Part shown: piece after piece, positions 37,201-48,837 of the stretch
Layout: every line of letters starts with the position of its first letter
How positions within the stretch are numbered: position 1 is the stretch's first letter
Source: Botryllus schlosseri
Lineage: Eukaryota
DNA: 64,000 nt
NCBI GenBank assembly: GCA_051294905.1
Contig: CM119371.1
Span: 8,124,001 to 8,188,000 of the forward strand
Direction of reading: 5' to 3'
Notes under the pieces: generated by a model
What the model was told of the DNA's origin: nothing
Database searches by the model: none
What the model saw: the letters and a program-made list of their open reading frames with translations, nothing else
Program-made: the position numbers and the translations under genes

Positions 37201-40107
37201 TGGCGTCAGACATTTCACAATGGGTTAACAAACACGGTAGCTGGACCGTAACTAGTCTTATTCACAATATACATTTGAGTACACATTTAACACATTACTA
37301 TAGTACAGGGTGGACAGATCTGCTTCATGCGCGACTTGCATATCAAACAATCTCATCTCATCACAAAAAATTCAAAATACGAATTTATGAAGTCACAATA
37401 AAATGTTGATTATTGAATGAAGTTTAATATTGTGTAATGATACGATGCACTTTCATGAGAGTTGCAAGGTGTTTGAATTTTGTGTTGCTCTAATTCTAAT
37501 TAAACTTGGAGCTTGTTGTACAAAAGATGTTCACCGTTATAAGCTACAATGACTTCAATGAATAATGAAAAAATATTATTATTAATATTTATTATTATTC
37601 GAAAGTTAGAACCAAAGTAATATTATTTGAAAAATGGAATATTTTAAGCATATTTAAATCATGTTTTGCTGCTTATAACAACGTAAGCTGAATATTTTCA
37701 TCAACAACACGAGATAATTGCTAATTTCACAATGATAACATATTCACAACAAAACAACGCGTAGAGCTCCCTTGAGATCCTGGCATACTTTCTCGACATT
37801 TACTAATCGTTCAGAACAACGCATAGAGCTCCCTTGAGATCCTGGCAGACTTTCTCGATATTAGAATCCCTTTTTTGATTTGCGACGTAAAAGCAATACC
37901 AGTTTCGCATACATGAGCATATGATTGCGAATAAACCGAAAATTGTTTTATTAAAATTCAAATCATGTAGATTATAACAGTGAACGTCTTTTGTACAAAC
38001 TAATTCATCAACAACACAAGATTATCGATAATTTAACTAAAATCAATAGGATATTTACAAAGCAACAATATTATTAAAAAGATATTCACCGTTCACCGAC
38101 AATGATTTCAATGAATGATGAAAAAAATATAATAATTATTATTTCAAAGTAAGAACCAATGTAAAAATATTTTTAAAAACTGGAATATTTAAAACATATT
38201 TAAATCATGTTTTGGTGCTTTAACAACGTAGGCTGATTTTTTTCATCAACATGAGATACTTGCTATTTTCACAATGATTAGATATTCACAATATTAGCCA
38301 ATTTTTATATTATTACTTTGTGAGATTTATTTCAATTATTTTTATTAATCATTGAAATCATGTAGATTATAACAGTGAACGTCTTCAAACAAATTCATCA
38401 ACAACACAAGATATTCAATAAACTAAATTTTTTTATTAATTATTCCCATTAATTAGCTTTTCAAGACGCATGCACATATTTCTGACCAAGGCATAGATGT
38501 CTCAACTCACGAAATAGATAATCGATAATTTAACTAAACTCAATAAGATATTCACAAAGCAACAATATTATTAAAAAGGTGTTCACCCGTTATAAGCTAC
38601 AATGATTTCAATGAATAAAAATATAATAAATATTATTCCAAAGTTAGAAACAAAGTAATAATATTTAAAAACTGCAATCTCTAAAAATTATTTTAATCCT
38701 GTTTTGGTGCAACAACGTAAGCTGATCATTTTCATTAACAACATGAGATAATTGCTAATTTCACAATGATTAGATATTCGCAATATTAAATAATTTTTAT
38801 CTTATTACTTTGTGAGATTTATTTAAACTATTTTTATTAAACATTGAAATCATATAAATTACAGTGAACGTCTTCAAACAATGAAACAGTGAAACAGTGA
38901 AACAGTGAACGTCTTCAAACTAATTCATGAACAACACAAGATAATCTATAAACTAAAGAAATTTTAATAATCATGAAAATGTTTACAACTGGGTGGCAAT
39001 GACGCGACAAATTAGCGCGCGGGCGGGCGGTGCGTCGCGACAATTTATTAATAGCGGCGTGGCTGCGGCGGCGGCGGTAAATGTAATAATTACGTTATTA
39101 TGTTAATTGCCGACTGAGACAACGTCATTTCTCGCTCTCGTACTACGCAATCATCATGTGCAACCCTAAGCCAATCATAATGACGTAATCATCAGCGTTA
39201 TTGGACTGGAACTATGCCATCTCTCACACAACCAAAACATCTCTCGTATTGGAACCACGCCCACATTGCGCTGCGTTCTGATTGGATAACAGATGTCACG
39301 TGATCAAATACTCGATGACTATTGGTCGGCGTATAAACCCCGTGTATAATACTACTTGAGACCTCTGCCCTACAGCAAGTTAGCGTCCTGCGCTCATGAT
39401 TTGAAATACATAATACTTCTACTGAACAACCTGTTATAGCGACAAGTAAGTAAGTGAACAACATATACCAAACTAGCATAGAAGTAGCGAAAAATTAGAC
39501 TTACTCGAGTCCTGCAAGTGGAGGAAAACTACTGTAGTAATTCGAAAAAGTGGAAATACTTCATTGCTGACCACCTCTGATAATGAGTAACTATTTTTAT
39601 AAAGTGAAAGTCATTTACATGCATTACGAAATGATTTTCAACACCACTTTCAAACGTACGTTCATTATAAACGTTTATTGAAACGAGCTAACAGTACGAT
39701 AAAGGAATTGTGTTGAATTCAAAACCAAATGGAAAATCTTAAAATATCATCAAATACAGCCAGAACAAGGCAACAAGGCAGCGTAAAACAGCCATGCGAG
39801 CATGATACAAAGATGATACAATTAACGTTGGCAGATGTAATATTACACAGGAAAAAAGTGTGCGAAAGCAAGAAACACAACAACTTCACAACTACGACTA
39901 GTAGGATATCTCAAGATTATACAAATATTCTTTCTGACGACATAGGACCAGATTGTTCTGCTTAATGCACGTCGATTTCAACGCTGATAAGTGGAATGTA
40001 GATCTACCCTTTGATGGAACAGAAACCATATCATAGGAATAGTTTAGAGCGCACATCGGGATATCAATTAAATATCGACCGATGGACGGCTTTTACTTGG
40101 TTATATG

Positions 40108-40489
40108 TAAGGCTGGGCAAAATCGAGTACCTGAGTAATTCGATTCTGAATCACGTATTACGCTTCGAGTGGAATATTCGAGTGTCATCTATTATGACGT
40201 CACAAAATGATGTACTGTGTCAAAGTCCAAATATGTATATTTTATGTCACCACAAAGAACATAGTCCCTGTTATACGACACGTTACAGATACTTGGGTAA
40301 TATTTCAATGCACTTCTTTCTCGGCTTTCTCAGTGGAAAATTAAATTGTCGTTAGTAAATTAACTTTAGTTGCGATGATGTATAATATCAGTACTCGAAA
40401 AATTGTTTTTTACTACTCGACTCGAATCATTAAAATTATTACTCGATTCAGATTCTAGTACCGTACTCAAATCATAGTGCCTAGCCCTA
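40108..40489 (+). mobile_element. hAT-type MITE (TAGGGCTGGGCAA family), 382 bp
   Basis: TIRs TAAGGCTGGGCA / TGCCTAGCCCTA; TSD GTTATATG / CTTATATG (7 of 8). Confidence 0.85.
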
Positions 40490-40851
40490 CTTATATGATG
40501 CCCCGTTTGACGCCATTTTGCATTGATTTGCCCATTTCCGCAAATCGAGCGACTGTCATATCGATCTTATATTACTTTGAGAACGCGTTGCTTGACGCGT
40601 TCCAACAGACGTTGGGGCGTGCGTCCCGCATACTGATTGTCGCGGTGCTATTTGTACTCATAAATAACCGTACTTTGATGAAAATTCGGAAACATATCTT
40701 TTTGAGTGTTTGGAAAAATTTGTATGGTGGGGTTAACAATTCTTGCGTTAATAGTGATTTTTGATCAGCAGTCCGCAGGTACACCTGATGAAAGCTGGCG
40801 GAGCATCAGCGGAACCCGGGTCCAAAACCACCGTTCGAAAATGAACACCCA

Positions 40852-42444
40852 TCATTTCAGAAATGATGCGCAAGACACACTCATATCCACACCCTGAGTA
40901 GCAGTAAATTTATTATATTTTTCAGAAACCATCAACTTGTCCAGTTCTACAGCACGTACTTTCGTTCCAGAATTCTTTCCATACAAATACAACTTGTCGG
41001 CGGCAAGAATGTTGCATCCAGCGAAGTAATTTTCAATGGTAAGACTAGGGATAGATTCCCATTGCATTGATATATTATTGTAGAATACAACTTCCCTTGA
41101 ATAGTCACTGATAGCATACACAGTCTTATTATAACTGAATACAGATCTTTCCGTTATTGAAATTGGTATGTTAGCGATCCGGTCACATCGCATCGTGCTT
41201 AGGTTAATCATAAAAGCATGTGTACTAGAAGAACCAGGTTCAGAATCAATCATATAAATGTATTCGTCAACACTTGCAATGGCAAATTTCTCACGTGTGT
41301 ATTTTTCATCTCTTTGGATTTTAATTGATGACGACGTGCCAATCCCAATTTCATATAGGATTACTTGTTCTGGTGTAACCATCGCTATATATTTTTCACA
41401 TATGATGCACCTGTTGTATCCTTCCTTCAAATCGCTCTCATACAATTTTTTCCATTCCAACTCACTGTAACTGAAGACTGCATTGCCGGTTGTGACATAA
41501 ATTATTTCTTTATGCTCTACTACATCAAGCCACTCTGTCTTTATGGCGTAAGGTAATTGCGAAAATTCCGACCATTTCTCTTCAATTAGACTGTACCTGC
41601 TCAGCGTCCTGGTGTTAGTGTGACATGTTATGATGCCGGTCATCTGTTCGCCACAAGCCAGGGGCACTTTGGAACTTTCATCCAATGCATAATCATTGCA
41701 CACTATTTTCTGCAGGCATTTCTTTGAATCATTCACTAACGCCTCACAGACAATATTTTCTTTGATAAATCGCTGGGGAATAAATGCTAGATTAATCGAC
41801 TGGAAGCAATCGTCGAAGGCATCTTTTCTTCCAACCTTGTCGTGTTTGACCCAGGTCACTACTGCAGTCCATTTCAACATTTCATATTCCCTACCCCAGT
41901 TTTCATCAAGGGATAACAAGTAAAGGAAATTTTCTTTTGGTAATGACCGCAGTTCCTTTGACTTGACAAATGTCTTGAGATCTTTTTGAAAAAAGATTTG
42001 AATTTCGGTTTTCAAAAGTTTCTTATCATAAATCCGAGACACCGATAGCATTTGTGCTACATTTCCCATGGTTATATTCTCGGAAAGAAATTCAACGTAG
42101 AGATCCGTCAAATCATGGAGGCAAAAGATATCCGATGCTTTTATGAAATCAGTGATGTGATTCAAAGTAAAATCAACTTTCCCGGTATAAATGAAGTTGA
42201 TACATTGTTTCACAATCTCACCAGGAGTATCTGGAAATGATACAATCCCAGTGTTCGATTCTTTTGTATCACTCGAAAACATGGCTCGGAAATATTCCGT
42301 CGCAACAATCAGTACGAATTTATGAACCTTGATTTCATCTTGGCCGGCCACTATTGTGATATCACAAAACTCTTCATTTTTTTTCAATGAATTCATGGAA
42401 TCGAGCATGTATCGTGGATGTGAGGAACATTCCTTTAGAGTCAT
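40852..42444 (-). CDS. Kelch-like protein (BTB-BACK plus divergent beta-propeller), intronless, 530 aa
   Basis: BTB (FCDITIVAGQDEIKVHKFVLIVATEYFRAMFSS...CINFIYTG) and BACK (KWTAVVTWVKHD...R). The C-terminal repeats are kelch-like in spacing but lack most GG doublets. Confidence 0.9.
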   Translation of the reverse strand: MTLKECSSHPRYMLDSMNSLKKNEEFCDITIVAGQDEIKVHKFVLIVATEYFRAMFSSDTKESNTGIVSFPDTPGEIVKQCINFIYTGKVDFTLNHITDFIKASDIFCLHDLTDLYVEFLSENITMGNVAQMLSVSRIYDKKLLKTEIQIFFQKDLKTFVKSKELRSLPKENFLYLLSLDENWGREYEMLKWTAVVTWVKHDKVGRKDAFDDCFQSINLAFIPQRFIKENIVCEALVNDSKKCLQKIVCNDYALDESSKVPLACGEQMTGIITCHTNTRTLSRYSLIEEKWSEFSQLPYAIKTEWLDVVEHKEIIYVTTGNAVFSYSELEWKKLYESDLKEGYNRCIICEKYIAMVTPEQVILYEIGIGTSSSIKIQRDEKYTREKFAIASVDEYIYMIDSEPGSSSTHAFMINLSTMRCDRIANIPISITERSVFSYNKTVYAISDYSREVVFYNNISMQWESIPSLTIENYFAGCNILAADKLYLYGKNSGTKVRAVELDKLMVSEKYNKFTATQGVDMSVSCASFLK

Positions 42445-43488
42445 ATTTCATAGGAGATCAGTTTGACAGATATACCTACTTATGCTGCAAAATATAAGAA
42501 AAATACGGTACCGCAATCAGTAAAGATTTCATATTTGATAAAAACGCATATAGTAAAGCAAACTTCGGGCCGATGACATCATATTTTATGATACGATTTT
42601 TGATATACAATGTTCTTTCCAATTCTCTACTAGTTGTTGTCGAGTACCCCTGACGAAAGTAAACCGACAATATCCGAGTTCATTTCAATATGAATATACA
42701 GCACTTTTTAATCGAATATTGAGATAGATTTTAGAGAGTTATACTTTACAAGGTATTTGATCACGGTAAATATATACATTAAGTAAACTAGCAAAAAACA
42801 TGAATTGCTAAATCCAAAACAATGATGCACCTTGCAGGCATACACAAGTAACCTTCTGGATTGAGATCACATAGAAAGAGCAGCATATGCACTCACTATA
42901 TCATATTATATTATCCACGGTCATGACCGAGTTTTCAAGTTCCCTAATTTTTGTATTGGTTCTTCTTAACTTTCTGCTATATAAATATACTGTAACCTAT
43001 GTGCAAGACGAACCTTGCATCCTACTATATAACTGATTTTAAGGCGGCTGTTTATAAAAATTTGGCAGCCTCACGGTGTTCTTGACGAACCAGGCATTTG
43101 GGAAGCATGCAGTTACGGAGCATGGAACACCATTCATAACTCAAATCCAGTTCTCGGTACAACAGGTAGGTTCGGTAAGAATATGCACACACTGCAATGA
43201 TATCTCAGCATGAGCATGGTACTATTAATGCGATTGATATACCATTAATGATATCAATGCGGGTGAGGCAAAAGTGATTCACAAATATACCTTAGAAAGT
43301 TGGGCTAATGTCTTTGGTGAGTTTTACACCTGCTCAAGAAGTTCAATATTATAACAAAAGGTCCCTGTCAATAGACCACGTATTCGTTTCGTATTAACAA
43401 CAGCACCAAACTTTTCCTGCAGAACGTATAACCATTTTTTACCATTCTAGCATAGGCAATCAAAATGTAGCTACGCTAAGTTCTTATG

Positions 43489-43875
43489 ATTCAAGTATCT
43501 TACGCGAGTCACGATGATGACGCGATGCCACTCAATAGAAACAAATCCTTCTCGTCTATTCAAGCGTGTACTGTACAGCATAGTCACGCTGTAAATTGCT
43601 ATAAGATTCAAGTATCACGATCGCGACGGACGCGCCCTAACACAAAAACGAATCATATCAATCTATTCAAACATAGCAAGCGTTCATACAGCGTAACCAC
43701 ACTATAGATTGATATGGTTCAAGTATTTCTCTGCCAATACCCGCCTTAACAAAAATAAATCTTTGTCATCAAATCCAGCATAGCAAGCGTTTTTACAGCG
43801 CATACCTAGTTACCTACACTGCGAATTGCCAATATTCAAGTATCTCACGACCTTGATGGGAAACGCCTCAACTAT
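43489..43875 (+). repeat. degenerate ~115-bp tandem repeat, about 3.3 copies
   Basis: TTCAAGTAT anchor at ~43489, 43606, 43717 and 43834 (periods 117, 111, 117), with shared CAAGCGT...TACAGC blocks. Confidence 0.65.
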
Positions 43876-43933
43876 CGAAATTCAACATGGAACGGCAGCG
43901 ACCGATTTTGCAGTTTCATCCCGCTTCGCCGAG

Positions 43934-44412
43934 GCTGTAGTGGAGAATTGTTTTGCGTAAGCGACTGTACGATTTCCGGCAATCCAAAAGTCATCTTCCT
44001 GAGCGCAGAAATTATTGAATCTGGTCTTGATCGAAAGCTACTGTTGCATCGATTCCGAAGATATGAATTAAAATAATGATCATGCACTGATCCACCTAGA
44101 TTCCGTCCACCAGGTCTGAAATATCGGCATTGTTGGAACAATCGGAGAGTCGCAACGGGTCATTGTTATGGCCATTGTGTTACGGTTACCTGATTGTTCT
44201 TAACAATGCCGATATTTCAGGCTTGGAGGACATATTCTCGGTGGATCAGTGTCAGATCTTATGTTCGTCCACATTCAACGGTAGAACCTTTAGGGATAGA
44301 TCATCTAGATTTGGGCTACAGTTAAAATGTAGGGCCGTTGCGCTTTTTTGATGAAAAATGCTCGCCATCCGTGTTTCAAGCAATTTGACGCAATACTTGC
44401 ACCCTATGTAGC
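43934..44412 (+). ncRNA. candidate long hairpin RNA (imperfect inverted repeat)
   Basis: 26-bp uninterrupted duplex 44110-44135 / 44201-44226 (three G-U pairs). Further stems run outward (CACTGATCCACC/GGTGGATCAGTG, CTACTGTTG/CAACGGTAG, GAATCTGG/CTAGATTT, GAGCGCAG/TTGCGCTT) and inward to a 4-nt loop at 44164-44167. Transcription is not shown. Confidence 0.45.
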
Positions 44413-44813
44413 ACGTACGTGTATAATACGCAATGGTGTCATGTAACCATAGTGTCCTATATGGTGTCGACACAGGCAAATCTCACGCCTCAGTGAAATT
44501 GTATCACGTCACAATTTCCATTTGGCTACAGGCAATTTGACGGTCATTTTTGACCGGCTTGCCGAGCATTAAATTTGGTAAAACGGGTATCAATCGAAAG
44601 CTGACTCTGCACTGATTACGAAAATATAAATTTTATTCCTTTCGTGGCCCTGGAACTCCCAAAATCAGCCTCGAATTTTTCATTGTTATGGAGATTGGCA
44701 TTGGGACGCAACAATGCTGTCTGGCTCTTTTTCTCTTGAGCTACTCTCTCGTACGGTATTGGCCACATGTCTCCGGTTCCTAATGGTATGACTGGTACCG
44801 CTAACCTCTAGCT

Positions 44814-45747
44814 CAGGGGTTCTCAACTTCCCTTGCACCACGGGCCGCATTTTAAAAGCAGATAACGCTGCGGGCCGCAGACCATTGTATTTGTGGGTTA
44901 CTATTAAATTTAGGCTACTGTAGCCTATTTACCAGTCGTATACGGGCATTTGGTAGATTTTTATGCATTCCAAAGCCTTAATGGACAGCGTTCATGAGTT
45001 TGCAGTTGCTGTCTGTTGTGAGAATATGTCATATTCCAGCGGCGCAAGTACATCCTTCGATAGAGCGTGCATTGCGTTCGTTGATAAGTCGGTATGTGCG
45101 GCCCGCCACTGTTCGAGCGAGAAAGCTTAAAATTATGGTAGCTTTTTCGTTTGTGCAGCCATTATCACTTTGAGCTTTGTACACAGCACATGTGAGTGAT
45201 ATGAGAAGTCTGGCGTTCGGGGTCATTTCTGAGCAAACCAATCCACCCTTATTCATTCCTTTTATGGCTGCAGCCCTGCACCAATAGTTACAGAAGTCTG
45301 CTTTGTCAAATTGATGTTTTTGCAGGTCCCCTCCCCAAGTATGCCGTGGAAGCGTTTCCTCTGCAGATATGTCCACTCTCATAAAATACCGCGAGATAAT
45401 TATAAGCTATGCAATGTCCGTGGAGTCGGTGGCTTCGTCCAATGCTAGGTTAAAGTAGTCTACGCCACAACATGTTTCAGAACATGCGTCAAAAGATTGT
45501 TGTTACTCTCCCGACCATGGTTGAATCACACAACTGACTGCAGTCAAACCCGGGCATATATCAAGAAACCTAGACACTTCAAAGAATGAGCATAATCAAA
45601 CGAAACAGAGACGGTACGATAAGAGAGCTAAGAAACTTGTTAATAGCCTATGTCAGAATGATGTGCCAATATAATAATTGTGTTCACAATGAAAGATGTC
45701 GCGGGGCGCAAAATAATCGTCTGCGAGCCGCGGGTTGAGAACCTCTG
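44814..45747 (-). mobile_element. internally deleted Charlie/SPIN-type hAT transposon with transposase remnant
   Basis: TIRs CAGGGGTTCTCAAC / GTTGAGAACCTCTG; TSD CTCTAGCT / CTCTAGAT. Minus-strand translation at ~45400-45465, YFNLALDEATDSTDIA*LI, matches the first catalytic-Asp motif (YFSLALDESTD..D.AQL) of Charlie/GTF2IRD2-type transposases. Confidence 0.88.
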
Positions 45748-46036
45748 CTCTAGATAGTAATCTTATCGAAGGCTGATCCATCGCTTTTGCTCTTAGTTCT
45801 GCGCATCTCCATCAATCGAATTGATTTAAGCTTGTTGCGTACGATGTGAAATGTACAGTAGGGTCCATCTCGATCCCTATGCAAGAGTACATGAAAAGTA
45901 ATTTTTCTTCATATTGAAGAATTCGATATTCAAGCACGGTCATTTTGTTATCGTGGGACTTGAACGGCATTTATTGCGATAATTTTAGCTAGGTTTGGCT
46001 CCCATTGAAAATCATGGTCATGAAATATTAAAACTG

Positions 46037-46038
<2 letters not shown>

Positions 46039-46088
<50 letters not shown>
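46039..46088. repeat. (AT)25 microsatellite
   Basis: Perfect AT dinucleotide run. Confidence 0.97.
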
Positions 46089-46090
<2 letters not shown>

Positions 46091-47968
46091 TACTAATTTA
46101 GTTATCTCTAATCAGACTATGAAAAAAAATTTAATATCCAGCGAAAAATGGGTTATATGTTATCATTCTGAAACCTCTTCTATTTCATCGTCTCGTTGCG
46201 CCTCTACAGACGGACCATCGCCAAATCGGTTTGTCGAGGCGTCAGATGGGCAATAATGTATTTCCATCATTAAAGCGCGATTGGATAGTCCCACGTCTTC
46301 TGAGGCTCGTGGTTCCACTTCCGTGAATAATTTGGACCAGGCTTATCTGGAAATGTCAGACTGTGGTACAATTGCATGTTCGCGGGACACCAGTGCTACT
46401 TCACTATATTTGGTCCTTGGAAGAAGCTAGCTAATGTCAAGTTGACATGGAATGAAGATATCACTGATGTTAACCCAATCATCGATCATAGTAAGGTTAT
46501 TTCCACATATTAACCAACCGGTGGTGTTGTGCAATGTCTTACCGATTCGCAATCATGGAAATGGGAGCATTCCGAATCGAATTAGCGATTGGGAATGATG
46601 ATAACCCGAGGTTTGCGTTCGCATTCGGTGTGTGAACCTCATAAATTCAGAGGTTCGCGTTCACAAGTGAATTTTGGAAGGTCTTACAGTAAGAACTTCG
46701 CACCACTTTCTGCTTGGAGATGGCAGCATGGAATAAAATCAACCCTGCACGAGCATGCCCCTAACCCTTTTCGAAAATTTCATTGTCTTTGCTAGAAAAG
46801 ATTCTTCGAAATATTCAGCTTTCCGTTTGTAAATATTTAGTGACTTTCTGCTGTGAGCTTGGCCCGCAATCACAATGATTGATATCAACGAAATTGTCAT
46901 AAAGGACGCATCGTTGCGGAATGTGCATTTTTTAGTTGGGGTAGGCGATCTATGTAATTGATATGTTTATTCTTAAATAAAAACTAATGTATAAAATAAC
47001 TTTGAGTAATATCTGTAGCAAGGAGTTTCATGGCTGGTGAGGCAACAACCCTTCTCCCCCACACACGCACACGTACACATGTAAACACATACGCAATTAC
47101 GCACACACGTAAGGTATCTGATAAAGATACGCAAACATATGAATAATAACGGCAGCAAGAGAAAGAGGGTGGGTGAGAGCATTTTATCTGCGTCCTGTAA
47201 GCGATCACAATTCTACAATACTTATTTCAATTTTTTCCGTTAGTGAAATATTCATTTATTTTCATCGATTCAATACAGATGAGTCATCGAAAAGGATGAG
47301 AAGGAAAGTCAAAATTAACATTATATTTGTATATTTATTTTTTGCAATGTCCCATCAGCAAAACTGAATATATGTCACTTATTACCATCAAACTCGATTG
47401 GTTGGAGACATCAATGAGACTGTGGAAAATCATGGTTACATCATGATTGCGGATGCCGACTCCCTTATAATAACATTCGCAAATATAATAAACTATTTAG
47501 TTCGTGACCTGTTTCTATCACCGACCTGTTTCTTGTCCTATTAGCCGTCTCACACGTCGATTATCTATAGGCTCTACCATGCCACATGATCCGGGCATGA
47601 GTCGTCATAAGAAATCCTAGATGTGGGCCGTGCTGCAGGTGGCAGATATGTCATCAATGTACGATCGATCTGGGTAATAAATGACTATAGTAGTCAAAAA
47701 CATGATAATTGCCACAGTCTACAACAGCGGTCTCAAACACGCGGCCCGCCGGAGCATTTTGTGCGGTCCGCGGCGACATTTTAAATTTTCAATAATTTGA
47801 CAATATATAAGTGTCTCATATATCTTTTCAGGTTATAAAGTGAAAATTATCTCTTAAATTGCTCCGAGAGTCTGAAACTATTCATTAAACTTCACCATCA
47901 AATCAATTGTAAACTCTACCATGCAATGGAAGATTCACGATCTCGCCACATTTCCAATTCATGATGAC

Positions 47969-48837
47969 TATGGCGGTTTTTTTTACCTAAAAAGGAACAT
48001 TTTGACCTAAAAAATTTAAAATTTGACTTTTTTTGACCTAAACAAACTGAAGTTTGACCAAATTTTGACTTAACGTATGCAAATTAGGTGTTTTCCCACA
48101 TATTGGTAAAATTGTACCACTTATCTTCATTTCTGGTCGGAACTGACTGTCCTAACGAAGTAGTTATGCATGAAAAAACGTTTTTGGCTCAGAAACATGC
48201 AACATTTTACACGGAAAAACCAATATTTTAACGAAATTAGGCCCTATATGAAGAATTCGAGTGGTTGCAATATGTATTATGGTAGATAAAATTTTAAAAA
48301 ATTGTAGTACAACGAGAGATACTTTCCTACATTCTTGGGTAGAAAGTGCATGTCTTTACTAAGAAGCTTGCCAAGGACGTTCAACAGCAGCAGTTGTTGG
48401 GTGACAACACTGAAGTTGTGCGTACACTGCTGGTGACACACAGTGTTGCTTCATTCTGACAATGTTGTCTATATCACCGTTTTTCATCAAGCGCTTCTTA
48501 ATATAAAAATGATGCAATGCGCAAGAAGTCTTTCTTCAGTTAGGATAGTGCGGTACGTTGACCATAACACCATGTTTATCTACTTGTTTTATTTGACCGT
48601 TTATGATTCGCAATTAGCAGACAATTAGCCGTTTACAACGGTAGGCCTATAAAATAGGCTACAAGCTGTAAAATATCAAATGATAATTTCACCGACAATG
48701 CAAAATCTACGATACGAACGAAATGCAGACGTCAAAATAATTTTGACTTGATGAAAAATTTTGACAAATTTTAACCTAACCCTACAATTTTGATAAAATT
48801 TTGACAAATTTTGACATGTCAAAAAAAAACCGCCCTA
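47969..48837. mobile_element. hAT-type MITE nested in 47725-52904
   Basis: TIRs TATGGCGGTTTTTTTT / AAAAAAAACCGCCCTA; TSD ATGATGAC / GTGATGAC; TTTGAC subterminal repeats. Confidence 0.8.

Larger units (their letters stand above)
23269..39356. mobile_element. giant palindromic non-autonomous Polinton/Maverick-like element (16,088 bp)
   Basis: Arms 23269-31294 and 31330-39356 are reverse complements (mirrored ORF coordinates sum to 62625). Termini AGTAGT...ACTACT; 6-bp TSD TGAGAC at 23263-23268 and 39357-39362. No ORF longer than ~110 aa. The palindrome and TSD are seen directly; the Polinton assignment rests on the termini and TSD length. Confidence 0.8.
22009..39367 (+). mobile_element. Charlie-like non-autonomous hAT element (~1.26 kb) whose right TIR is split by the 16-kb palindrome
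   Basis: Left TIR CAGAGGTCTCAAAC at 22009; body colinear with the intact copy at 55966-57175. The right TIR reads GTGTGAGAC [insert] TGAGACCTCTG. Its own 8-bp flanks (ATCTAATG / CCCTACAG) match only 4 of 8. Confidence 0.8.

Noticed and set aside
25216..37409. Pairs of identical short ORFs on opposite strands (60-108 aa)
   Set aside because: They are a by-product of the palindrome. None resembles a known protein, and one pair is frameshifted by a homopolymer difference.
23269..39356. Palindrome as a sequencing or assembly fold-back artefact
   Set aside because: The exact 6-bp TSD, resumption of the interrupted hAT TIR, unique spacer and scattered arm differences argue against it, although read-level confirmation is still needed.
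40780..40825. CTGATGA hammerhead-like core
   Set aside because: There is no correctly placed GAAA and no stems I or III.
43489..43875. CRISPR-like array
   Set aside because: The conserved anchor is only ~9 nt, the intervening sequences are homologous to each other, the context is eukaryotic and no cas genes are present.
46150..46500. Coding-like GC-richer stretch
   Set aside because: The frames I translated on both strands contain stops and no family could be recognised.
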